A stretch of DNA of 62,304 nt, the filler included. It is 3 parts of 3 records of this genome, joined end to end, with 100 filler letters (N's around TTAATTAATTAA, not from the genome) between each part and the next. Parts side by side here need not be neighbours in the genome. Positions count along the whole stretch, not along the records: positions 24,991 to 55,694 come from DRR723986_7196; positions 55,795 to 62,304 come from DRR723986_7289; 1 more part is not named here. One strand, 5' to 3'. Numbering within the stretch: the first letter of the stretch is position 1; every line of letters begins with the position of its first letter. Below are positions 51,337-61,700 of this stretch, one piece after another. The notes under the pieces were generated by a model. It did no database searches. It was not told the DNA's origin and saw only the letters and a list, made by a program, of their open reading frames with translations. The translations under genes were made by a program, and so were the position numbers.

Positions 51337-52140
51337 ATGTGTCAATTGCTCGGCATGAACTGCAACACGCCAACCGACATCCAATTTTCATTTGAAGGCT
51401 TTGCCAAACGAGGCGGCTTGACCGATGAACATGCAGACGGCTGGGGTATCGCATTTTTTGAAGGCTCCGCAGCGAGATGTTTCATTGATCACCGCCCAGC
51501 CTCCGATTCACCTGTCGCGGAATTAATCCGGAACTACCCCATCCGCTCCTACAACGTGATATCCCATATCCGCAAAGCCACCGTTGGCCAAGTCAAACTG
51601 CAGAACTGCCATCCATTCATTCGGGAACTTTGGGGACAAGCCTGGGTTTTTGCTCACAACGGTGATCTGAAAGATTTCAATCCACACCTTCAAGGCGACT
51701 TTTTACCCATCGGAGAAACTGACAGCGAACTCGCATTCTGCCTATTGCTACAAACCCTGAAAAATGAGTTTGGCTACCGTACTGCAAGCAATCGCCCCAG
51801 CGTCGCTGAAGTCGATGAAGTGCTTCGCCCTGTGTGTTCGAAAATCGCTCAACACGGCACCTTCAACATGCTGCTCTCCAACGGGCAGGCCATGTACACG
51901 CATTGCTCCACCAAGCTGGAGTACATCGTTCGCGCTCATCCGTTCAAAGCCGCGCATCTGGTTGACTGTGACATTCAAGTCGACTTCGGTGCCGTCACAA
52001 CACAGAACGATCGGGTTGCTGTCATTGCGACCGCCGCACTCACTGACGACGAAGTCTGGACCCCATTCGAACCGCAATCCTTTTTGGTGTTCGAGGATGG
52101 CAGACCAGTGTTGAAGAACGGCCACTGCCTGCTTTCATAA
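51337..52140 (+). CDS. yafJ: Class II glutamine amidotransferase, YafJ (DpaA)/EgtC family
   Basis: MCQLLGMN with N-terminal nucleophile Cys, DGWGIAF, SHIRKAT, NCHPF, AHNG, GETDSE. Confidence 0.88.
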   Translation: MCQLLGMNCNTPTDIQFSFEGFAKRGGLTDEHADGWGIAFFEGSAARCFIDHRPASDSPVAELIRNYPIRSYNVISHIRKATVGQVKLQNCHPFIRELWGQAWVFAHNGDLKDFNPHLQGDFLPIGETDSELAFCLLLQTLKNEFGYRTASNRPSVAEVDEVLRPVCSKIAQHGTFNMLLSNGQAMYTHCSTKLEYIVRAHPFKAAHLVDCDIQVDFGAVTTQNDRVAVIATAALTDDEVWTPFEPQSFLVFEDGRPVLKNGHCLLS

Positions 52141-53226
52141 ACATTTAAAGCCAAAAGACAAAGGCTCGGCGCGCTGCAACTCGGCCAGCAGTATTTCACG
52201 CTGTTCTCGGGGGAATTCACCCAACACTTCCGTGGCAGCATAAAAACGTGGAAAACTTTGACCGCAGAGTTTATGCAAAGCCTTGAATGCAGGCGCATAC
52301 TGAGTGTACAGGCCAGACACACCCAACTTTGCATTATTTAAATCCTCAGCCATAAACCGGTCATAACCGGTCCATCCGCCCCAAGACTGTTTCAATTTTG
52401 CATAATCTGCCAGAAGCTGCTTGAAACGCTGATCCTTTAAATCAAGAAGTTGCTTTCTGTCCAGACTGTTGCGGCTTTCATAAATCACCTCCAGATCATC
52501 ACGCGCTTGTGCCAACAAAAGCCGGAAGGAATTTCTGCGTGAATCGAATACCTCATACTGCGCCTTCAAACCCTCCCTCCCGGGCTGGGCCAACCACGCG
52601 ACCACCCCCAGCTCCTCGACGGCGGTAGCGAAACTTTCGTTGAACATCGTGTCGTCGGCAATATAGACCACCTGGTGCGCCAACTCATGAAAAACAAGCC
52701 GAGCCAACTCTCCCGCTGGATAATTCACAAAAGTATTCAACACGGGGTCTGGCGTAAAACCAAGGGTTGAATATGCAGGCACTCCCAGAACGGCCACATC
52801 CAGACCCTGTTTCCGCAAACTTTCCGCAAGGGCCACTGCATTAGACTCTGAATAGAACCCCTTGTAGGAAATGCAGCCGAGCAAAGGAAAACACCAGGTC
52901 TCCAAAGTCAAACTATCTGCCGGGGACGCCACCACATTCCAGACTGCGAAGGCACGATTCAAATCTGCATAACTGCGATAACTCTGATTGTCAGGAAGCC
53001 CCAAGCGCCCCACGGAAAACTCACGAATGTCCTGAACGTATTCCAGTTGGGTGCGTAACCTGTCCGACACATCTGACCGCGCCAACACCTCATCAATATT
53101 CTCTGCAGCAGCCAACACCTTCAAATGACCCGTGGTGGCTTGCCAGAAATAAGCCCCAGTGCTGCATGCATTCAATAGAAATGCACTCGTCAACATCAAG
53201 CCAAACAATGCACTTCGCTGAATCAT
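52135..53226 (-). CDS. Putative zinc aminopeptidase lipoprotein
   Basis: Lipobox LNAC; WCFP, AYSTLG, HELAHQ (HExxH) plus FNESFA glutamate. Confidence 0.85.
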   Translation of the reverse strand: MIQRSALFGLMLTSAFLLNACSTGAYFWQATTGHLKVLAAAENIDEVLARSDVSDRLRTQLEYVQDIREFSVGRLGLPDNQSYRSYADLNRAFAVWNVVASPADSLTLETWCFPLLGCISYKGFYSESNAVALAESLRKQGLDVAVLGVPAYSTLGFTPDPVLNTFVNYPAGELARLVFHELAHQVVYIADDTMFNESFATAVEELGVVAWLAQPGREGLKAQYEVFDSRRNSFRLLLAQARDDLEVIYESRNSLDRKQLLDLKDQRFKQLLADYAKLKQSWGGWTGYDRFMAEDLNNAKLGVSGLYTQYAPAFKALHKLCGQSFPRFYAATEVLGEFPREQREILLAELQRAEPLSFGFKCL

Positions 53227-53307
53227 TTCCGCCCTGCCTTGAACCAATTACATTCATAGTAAAGCACGGTGATTGCCACAGTGGACAAAACCTGCGATTC
53301 TTAATGC

Positions 53308-54513
53308 TTGTACCAACCCGCGAAGTTTGTTGTGAATCCGAGCAAAATTGAATCCTGGGTTAAAACCCGCCGTGACATCCACGCCCACCCTGAATTGCGC
53401 TACGAAGAAAACCGTACCGCTGAAATTGTTGCAAAACGACTGACCGAACTTGGATACGAGGTCGAGACCGGCATAGGGCAAACCGGTGTGGTGGGCCTTA
53501 TTCAAGGCAAGCAAGGCCCAGGAAAAATGATCGGCCTTCGCGCCGACATGGACGCATTACCCATTCAGGAACGCAACCAATTTCCGCACGCTTCCCGTCA
53601 CCCTGGGAAAATGCACGCATGTGGCCATGATGGTCACGTTGCAATGCTGCTGGGTGCCGCACAGGAAATCGCAGAAAACCCCAACTTCAAAGGCAGTGTT
53701 GTCCTTATTTTTCAACCTGCCGAAGAAGGTGGGGCAGGCGCACAACGCATGATCGACGACGGTCTGTTTCAGCGTTACCCGGTCGATGCAGTGTTTGCAA
53801 TGCACAATTGGCCAGGTCTGCGAGAGGGCGAGTTTGCTGCACACACGGGTGCGGTCATGGCCTCGAGCAATGAATTTTCAGTAAAAATTCAGGCCAAAGG
53901 TGCGCACGCAGCGATGCCGGACCTGGGCATAGACCCTGTGGTTATTGCCGCACAACTGATCCTGGCTTTCCAAACCATTGTCAGCAGAAGCTGCAAGCCT
54001 GTGGAGCCCGCCGTATTGTCTGTCACCCAGATTCAGGCGGGGGAAGCAATCAATGTGATCCCCGACCACGCGATCTTGCAGGGTACAGTTCGTACCTTCA
54101 GCATAGACACCCTGGATCTGATTGAGCATCACATGAGAAAGCTCAGCACCGAACTTTGCGCCGCCTTCGGCGCAACTGCCGAGTTGGAGTTTGACCGAAA
54201 ATATCCGCCAACCATCAATTCCGCTGACATGGCTGAATTGGCGAAGAAAGCGCTGGTCGAAATACCTGAAGTAACCGCAGTTCACACCAGCTTGCCACCG
54301 ACAATGGGCGCGGAGGACTTCGCCTTCATGCTCCTACACAAACCTGGCGCCTACCTTTGGATCGGCAATGGCGATGGCGGTCACCGAACCCATGGACATG
54401 GTATTGGTCCATGCACTTTGCACAACCCTAGCTACGACTTTAACGACAAAATACTTCCGCTGGGTGTGAAAGCTTGGTTGGCCATTACGCACGCCTTTCT
54501 TGAGCGTAACTAA
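53308..54513 (+). CDS. M20D amidohydrolase (hippurate hydrolase-like); start uncertain
   Basis: HAHPEL, LRADMDALP, MHACGHDGH, FQPAEEG, MGAEDF, LHNPSYDFND. Confidence 0.92.
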   Translation: MYQPAKFVVNPSKIESWVKTRRDIHAHPELRYEENRTAEIVAKRLTELGYEVETGIGQTGVVGLIQGKQGPGKMIGLRADMDALPIQERNQFPHASRHPGKMHACGHDGHVAMLLGAAQEIAENPNFKGSVVLIFQPAEEGGAGAQRMIDDGLFQRYPVDAVFAMHNWPGLREGEFAAHTGAVMASSNEFSVKIQAKGAHAAMPDLGIDPVVIAAQLILAFQTIVSRSCKPVEPAVLSVTQIQAGEAINVIPDHAILQGTVRTFSIDTLDLIEHHMRKLSTELCAAFGATAELEFDRKYPPTINSADMAELAKKALVEIPEVTAVHTSLPPTMGAEDFAFMLLHKPGAYLWIGNGDGGHRTHGHGIGPCTLHNPSYDFNDKILPLGVKAWLAITHAFLERN

Positions 54514-54516
54514 TCG

Positions 54517-55623
54517 TCACTGAACTCGATAACCCAAAAGGGCGTCAAACTCCAACTGCTTGGAGCGTTTCCCCATAACGAGCAGTTCCCCCTGAGTCGG
54601 GACAAAAGAGAGTGAGTGCACCCTGCCACTTTTTGTCAGTGGTATCCATGACTTTCCCTGAACGATCATTATTTCTTCGAATACATTCGATTCAATCACG
54701 AAGCGATGTCTGACACGGTCAAGCACACCATTCACAGGCGCTGACAATACTTTCAAAGAGTCGGAAGGCACATCAAAAATCGACACCAATGTAAAACGCC
54801 CCTTCTTCCTCACCCCATCGACTATTAATTTCGGATCCAAACCCACTGCAGCCGCATACAAAGCATCGTCTGGCAATTTGGCAAACAGGGATTGGCTGAC
54901 TCCAAACGAATGCTGATAACCCAGTTCATCCGCCCCATCGTAGTGACTCAAAATGGCGCTTTCCGGCGGTAAAAGAAAAAACAGATCGCTATGTAGGGAT
55001 TGAAACCCATGTCGACCAACAAACCCAGCCCCCCAGGTGGAATCCACTACCTTCCAAACCCCATTGATCTTGACCGCATTCCACACATGATTGACCGGTT
55101 TACCATTCCGGTGCGAGGTTACAGGACCACCTTTTACCAAACCATAAATTGTCTTGACCTCCAAACCGGCCATCTGCATCAAGCGATGAGTCACATTCGC
55201 ATACACAGCGCAACTTCCGCCGCCCAACTCATGAAGCTTCTGAAGTGAATGCTGTGACGGATCCCCAATCTTGTTGGCCAGTCCCGCATCGTGTTTGAAA
55301 TGATAAGTCACCCACCGGTAGACCAGCCATGCCCTTTCCTCATCGGTCGCAGCAATTGAAAGTAAAGAATCAAGTCTTGATTCTAACTGTGAGTTAGGTG
55401 AGGCAAGTGTGTGTTGGAAATGGGTGTTAAGTTGTTGATACCGGTTGACACCTTTGTCTGCACCCGCCGCGTAAGGGACAAGAAAAACCAATAGAGCAAA
55501 AAAATACCGCGACCGATGATCAAGAAAATACTTCAACTTCAATTCCAAGATAAACGAACAGAAAGCTAAGACGATATCGGAATAAAAGAAACATCCAATG
55601 AATCGGAAGCCACTTGGGAGCAA
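54517..55623 (-). CDS. Secreted transglutaminase-like (CYK3/KY-type) protein; true start probably downstream of 55623
   Basis: Cys-His-Asp triad GSCAVYA..HVWNAV..VDSTWGAG; hydrophobic signal FFALLVFLVPYAAGA. Confidence 0.8.
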   Translation of the reverse strand: MLPSGFRFIGCFFYSDIVLAFCSFILELKLKYFLDHRSRYFFALLVFLVPYAAGADKGVNRYQQLNTHFQHTLASPNSQLESRLDSLLSIAATDEERAWLVYRWVTYHFKHDAGLANKIGDPSQHSLQKLHELGGGSCAVYANVTHRLMQMAGLEVKTIYGLVKGGPVTSHRNGKPVNHVWNAVKINGVWKVVDSTWGAGFVGRHGFQSLHSDLFFLLPPESAILSHYDGADELGYQHSFGVSQSLFAKLPDDALYAAAVGLDPKLIVDGVRKKGRFTLVSIFDVPSDSLKVLSAPVNGVLDRVRHRFVIESNVFEEIMIVQGKSWIPLTKSGRVHSLSFVPTQGELLVMGKRSKQLEFDALLGYRVQ

Positions 55624-55694
55624 ACAGCTTCGTTCTGAATATTGCGTGGCAACATCACTAGATCAAGTGAATGTTGTTGAGAGTTGTGTTGGAA

Positions 55695-55794
55695 NNNNNN
55701 NNNNNNNNNNNNNNNNNNNNNNNNNNNNNNNNNNNNNNTTAATTAATTAANNNNNNNNNNNNNNNNNNNNNNNNNNNNNNNNNNNNNNNNNNNN
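55695..55794. other. Artificial contig linker
   Basis: 44 N + TTAATTAATTAA + 44 N. Confidence 0.98.
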
Positions 55795-55798
55795 GCAG

Positions 55799-58700
55799 GT
55801 GCACCGAGCGCACTGGAGCTTTCCTCGTCGCTTCCCACCGCAGTTGCGGGTGTGCAACAACAGTTCTCAGCAGCACTACTGGACCAGTACGGAAACTCGG
55901 TTCCGTTCCAGGGCAACGTGGACACGAGCAACCTTGTGCTGACTGTGGCCGACGACGTGGCCACCTCGTACACGGTCAGCGGAGCGACCATGACGGTTTC
56001 GTTTTCGTCCACATTGGCGGACACGTTCCCTCTCACCGTCGCGTTGGGCGGCACGTTGCTCGGGTCATTCTCGCTCGTGGTCGTGCCCGGTGAGTGCCCT
56101 CCTCTTCTCACCCCCCCCCCAACACTTTTGAGCTGAACGCGTTGCCCTGTTGCACTCAGGCGAGGTGGACGTTTCCAACTCGGTGCTGAGCGGCGACGAC
56201 GCGGTGGAGTCTGGACAGACGGGAACGCTGACTCTCGTGCTGCGGGACGAGTACGACAACGTCGTTGTCCCGAGCGACGTCGTCGACGTCGTGTTTGCAG
56301 TGGGACTGCAGACAATCCACGCGACCGTCGGCGACGAGGAGGTGACCATCACCTTTTCCTCCCAGACCGTGGGCGAGTACACCCTGCAGGTGGAAATCAA
56401 CGGGAACGAGGCTGCGCCTTGGGCCGTGGTGGTGACGGTGGGGCCCATCGACCCTTCCGCCCTGGGCTTCCAGAGCGACACCTTGCAGTCCCTCACCGCC
56501 GGCGTGCAGTTCGCGGCCGTTGTGGTCGCGGTCGACGCGTACGGCAACTCCGTGCGGCCCGACAGCGCCAACGTTGCTGCCGTGGCAGCCACCTTGACCA
56601 GTGCCGGCGGCACGGTGGTGTTCGGCACGGCCGAGTTCACCGCCTCGACTTTCGTCTTCAAGTTCTTGGTCACCGAGAGCGGCAGCCACTCCCTCGTCGC
56701 GCTGTTGGACGGCAGCGCCGTGGCAGCGTCGACCACCACCGTGCAGGTCCAGCCCGGTCCGGCCACCGGCCTGCAGAGCGCCTTGTCCGTCGGCGGGACG
56801 GTTGTGGACTCGACGTTCAGCGAAGGCCCCATCGAGCTGTTTGCCGGAACCCCCGTCACCGTCGCAGTGCTTCCCTTTGACGCGTACGGCAACGAGGCCA
56901 TGATCACCGCCGTGCACTCGGCGTTCGCCACGCTGCTCGCCGCGGACGGGACCCAGCAGAGCATCGAGCTGACGTTCGCGGACCCGGGCTCGGGCAGCCT
57001 CACGGCGGAGCTGAGGGCAGACGTGCCCGGCGACGCCGTGCTGCTGGTGTACCTCACTGCCGAGTCCACGGAGCCGGTGACTGGCGGCGGCGTGGCTCTT
57101 GTCGTGGTCCCTGGTCCGTTGGACGTGGACACCACCGACGTGTGCGCGGCCCCCACGCTGTGCGGGGTGGACTCGTTGCCTTCCAGCGCGGTCCCTGGCA
57201 CGTTGGAGGTGTTCTTAATTCCACGCGATGTGCTGGGCAACGAGGTGGCCGTAGACGATGTGCTGGCCGTCGCCTCTGCGTCTGGTGAGCGCCGATTGGT
57301 TGGTTGCCCTTTTTTGCTTTTTTGGGGGGATTTTGGGTTGACGTCCCATCGCTGTCCGTGTCCGAGTGCAGACGTTGACACGACCTTTGAAGTGGACGGA
57401 ACAAGTGGTCGGCTGCGTGCCGTCCTCCCCTTGGACCAGTACGGCGACGCCGGAGACACGATCAGCGTCCACATCACCATCAACAGCGCCGAGCCGTCGT
57501 GGTCGCCTTTCCAGCTCCAGCTGGTGGCGGACCCGGGCCCTCCCTCTGCGCCCCTGTCCTTTGCGTTCCTCTCCACCACCACCGCGACCTCTGGGGCAGT
57601 TGCTGGCGAGCCGGCGACCGTCACGATCGACGTGCGCACCACCACGGGCGCGCGCGTGGGCCAGCCCGTGCTGTCGTTGCTGACCGCGTCCATGTCCCTG
57701 GTGGACGGAGACGGCGACGGCGACGCGCCGGTGGTTGCCACGGTGTCCCAGGACGGGGACCTGGCGTACTCGTACACGGCGCAGTTCGTGACGGAGGTGG
57801 CCGGGACGTACGCGGTCAGCGTGCTGCTGGACGGTGCCGCCGTGGGATCGGAGGAAGTGACGATGGTCGTGTCCGCTGGCGCGGCGTCCCTCTCGCACAG
57901 CTCGCTGCTGTTCGACTCGTCCGGCGACGCGTGCCCCGCGGACGGGCAGTGCGTGCCAGCAGGGGTCGCGGTCGCCTTCGCGGCGGACCTGCGCGACTCG
58001 TTCAACAACCGCATCACTGACTTTCGCAGCGGCCTCGACCCCGCGGTGGTCGTGAACGGCGCCGTCGCGGCCTCGCTGTCGTGGTTCGCCGACGCTGCCG
58101 CGTACTCCACGCTGGTGGTGCTGCACTCGCTTGGCCCGCAGAGCGTCGCGCTGCGCCTCAGCGGCGTGGTCCAGAGCGCGACCAGCGTCCTTGTCGTTCC
58201 CGGCCCCGTCGACGCGGCCGAGTCGGTGGCCAACTTCCCCTCGGCGTTCATCGCGGGCGAGGCCGGCACGGTGAGCGTGCTGCTGTACGATGCGCTGGGG
58301 AACCTGCGCGACGGCTCGGACGACTCGGCCAGGCTCGCGGTGTGGGTGGACGGTTCCCCCCTGGACACGGCGTCCATCGAGAGTTCGGGCGGTGGGGCGT
58401 ACGACATCGCCCTCGCCCTCTCACAGGTCGCCGCGGGGACGCTGGTGGACGTGCGGGTGGACAACGCGTCCGTGTCCGGGTCGCCTGCCACGGTCGCGGT
58501 GCAGCCGGGCGCGGCCCACGCGGCCTCGTGCCTGGTGTCCCTCGACACGGCGGCCAGCGCGACGACCGGGTCCACGGTGCAGCTGACCATCGCCGCGCGC
58601 GACGCGCACGGCAACGGTCGAGGGCAGGGCGGCGACGTGTTCTTCGCCACGCTCACCGACGCCAGCGCGGGAGTGTCCGTGGGCGGCACCGTCACGGACA

Positions 58701-61700
58701 ACCACGACGGGTCGTACACCGCCTCGTTCCGCGTGCTCGTGCCCGGGAACTACTCGGCCGTGGTCGTGCTGGGCGGGGGCGCCTCCGTCCCGACCGCCGG
58801 CATCGCGGTCGTGGTCAGCGTGGGCCAGCCGTCCGCCGCCACGTCGTCCGTGGCGTCCGCGCCCGTGTCCACCGCCACCGCACCCACGCTCGTGGCCGGC
58901 GACAGCTTCCTGGTCGTGCTGGCGCTGCGCGACCTGTACGGCAACGCGGTCACGGAGACGGACGCCGTGTCGGTGGTGCTCGGCGGGGCGGCGAGCGTGG
59001 CCTCGCCGGGCGGGCAAGCAAGCGAGGTGGAGGTCTCCGCCGCCGGGGACTCGGCCGCGCTGGTGTCCGTCACGAACTACCGCGCCGGCGTGCTGACCGT
59101 GCGCGTGCTGGTGGACGGCACGGCCGTGGAGGGCGGCGTGCTGTCCGTGTACCTGTCCGCCGCGGCGCCCGTGCAGTTGGTGGGCTCGGAGTTGACCACG
59201 GCCACCGCGGGCGAGCTGGCGACCGCGACCGTGTCCGCGCTGGACGCGTTCGGCAACCACAACTCGGAGACTTTCGGCGTGCTGCTGCAAGTCAGCACGC
59301 AGTGCGCCACGGCGTGCGCGCAGCCCCTGGTGGACACCTCGCTCGTGGCATCGTCGCAGACGACGAGCGCCTCCCTCCTCGACCTCGCGTCGCTGCGCCT
59401 GCAGCTGACCGCCTACACGGCCGTCGTGCACAACATCACCATCGCCACGGACCAGGGGCTGAGCCTGTCCTTTGTCGTGGCGGTCGAGCCCGCGGCGCCC
59501 GTGCTGGACAGCTCGCAGCTCGGCGGCGCCCTGCTGTCGCAGGAGGACGCGGTGGCGGGCGAGGCGAGCCCGGCGCTGACCGTCGTGCTGCGGGACGCGT
59601 TCTCGAACGCGCTCGTGCCGACGGCGGGGTCGGTCGTGTTCGGACGCAGTGCCACGGGAGCGTACGGCGACGGGGTGGCCGTGGTGGTCGAGCTGTACGC
59701 CAAGGACCAGCTCAGCCCGATCTCGCCCGACCACTGGGCGGCGACCACCGACAGCGCGTCCGGGGAGACGCGCGTGTCGTTCACCGTCACCGCGAGCGGC
59801 CGGTACACATTGTTCGTGATGTTCGTTGCTGACGGCGCGAGCTCGGTGTGGGCGCGCCAGGCGGTGTCGGTGGGCGCGGGGGCGGTGGTGGCGGCCAACA
59901 GCGACGTGTGCGATCTGGGGCTCGAGTGCGGCGACCCGCCCGTCGCCAGCCTGTTCGTGGGCTACCCGACCACGCTGGTCGTGCTCCTGCGCGACGCGTT
60001 TGACAACGCCGTTGCGGACTCTTCTGCCACCGCGGCGTCCCTGGGGGCCTCCGTGGACGTCACCGCCACCGGCGGGGCGCTCTCCGTGACGGTGCAGTAC
60101 AACGCCGCGGACGGGTGGTTCGAGGTGCAGTTCCAGCCCGACGCGCTGGGCACGCACCACGTCGCGGTCTCGCTCGACGGCGCGGCGTTTGCCGAGTTCG
60201 ACGTGGACGCCGTGGAGTTTGCCGCCGCCGTGGACCCTGCGTCGTGCTCGCTGTTCGGCGACGGCACCGTGCAGGCCACCGCCGGCGAGGAGGCGCCCGT
60301 GGTGTTCTCCCCTCGCGACAGCAGCGCGCGGCTCTTGCCCGTGACCCCGGCCACCGCCGACCTTGCGGGCGGCGTGTTCAGCAGCGCGGAGGGCGGCACC
60401 GAGCTCGCCTCGCTGAGCACGCTGTCGTGCCAGACCTCGCGCTGCGACCTCCGCTTCCTGCTGACGACGCTCCCGGGGCTGGTGCAGGCCGGGGTGCCGC
60501 GCCAGGGGTTCCTCGAGGTGCGCTTCCAGGGCACGGTGGTGGGCGGTGGTGGCGGTGGCGGTGGCGGTGGGCGCGTGGCGGTGTCGCTGCTCCCCGGCGA
60601 CATCAGCGCGGGCACGGTCACCGTCGCCCTCATGGAACCCGCCGAGGCGGTGGGCTCGTCCGGCGGCGCGTGGACCACGCAGGCGGGCGTGCAGCAGCGG
60701 GTGAGGGTCGGGCTGTTCGACGCGTACGGCAACGCGCTGGACGACCCGGTGGGCAACGGGGCGAACGCGCTCGGGCTGGTGTTCGGACCCTCCGCCGCAG
60801 CGCCGGCCGCCTCGAGCCTGGAGGTCAGCCTGGCGTCGGAGCCCGGGTCCGAGTACGACCTGTCGTTCGTCCCCACCGTCGCCGTCCCCGCCCTGAGCGT
60901 GGGCGTGTCCCTGAACGGCGCCGCCCTCGACCACGACCTGCTGCCGCTGGCGGTGGAGGTGGAGGCGGGCGCGCTGGTGCCCGCGTCGAGCCTCGCAGTG
61001 TTGCCCCCGACCACGGCCGGGTCCCTCCTCAACGCCACCGCGGGCGCGACGTTCTCGTTCCAGCTCGCGCTGGTGGACGCGTACGCGAACCGCATTCTCC
61101 CGTCGTCTGCCGCGGACGTGGCGGCGCTGGGGCTCGTGGTCGAGTCGTCCCTCACGCTGCTGGAGCCGGCCACGCTGACCACCGTTGCCTTGGCGGACGT
61201 GTCGACCACCGCCTCGGTGGACGTGGCGCTGAGGTTCGAGGAGGCGGGCACGGACGGCGCCGTGACCGTGCGCCAGGGCGCCGTGCTGTTCGGCAACACG
61301 CCCTTCACGGTCGCCGTGTTCGCGGCGCTGCCGCACCCGCCGTCCTCGTCCACCACGCTGGGCAGCGCCGCGCAGGCGCTCACCAAGGCCGGGCAGGCGC
61401 TGCAGTTCGCCGTTGGGCTGAAGGACGAGTTCGACAACGACGTGGTGCGTGGCGAGGGGGCGGGGACGGACCCCGCGACGGTGCTCTCCGTGGCGCTGTT
61501 CACGGCCGCCGGGGCGAGCTACGGCGACGCGGTGGCGAGCGTCGCCTGGGCGAGCAGCGCGGCGGACGAGAGCGACCTTGCAGTGTCGGTGGTGTTCCCC
61601 GAGGTGGGCGCGTTCGAGGTGAGCCTGCTGTTCGCGCAGCGGGCGGGCGACCAGGCGTGGGCCGACTGGCAGGTGGGCCGCGCGGACGAGGCCAGCGCCC

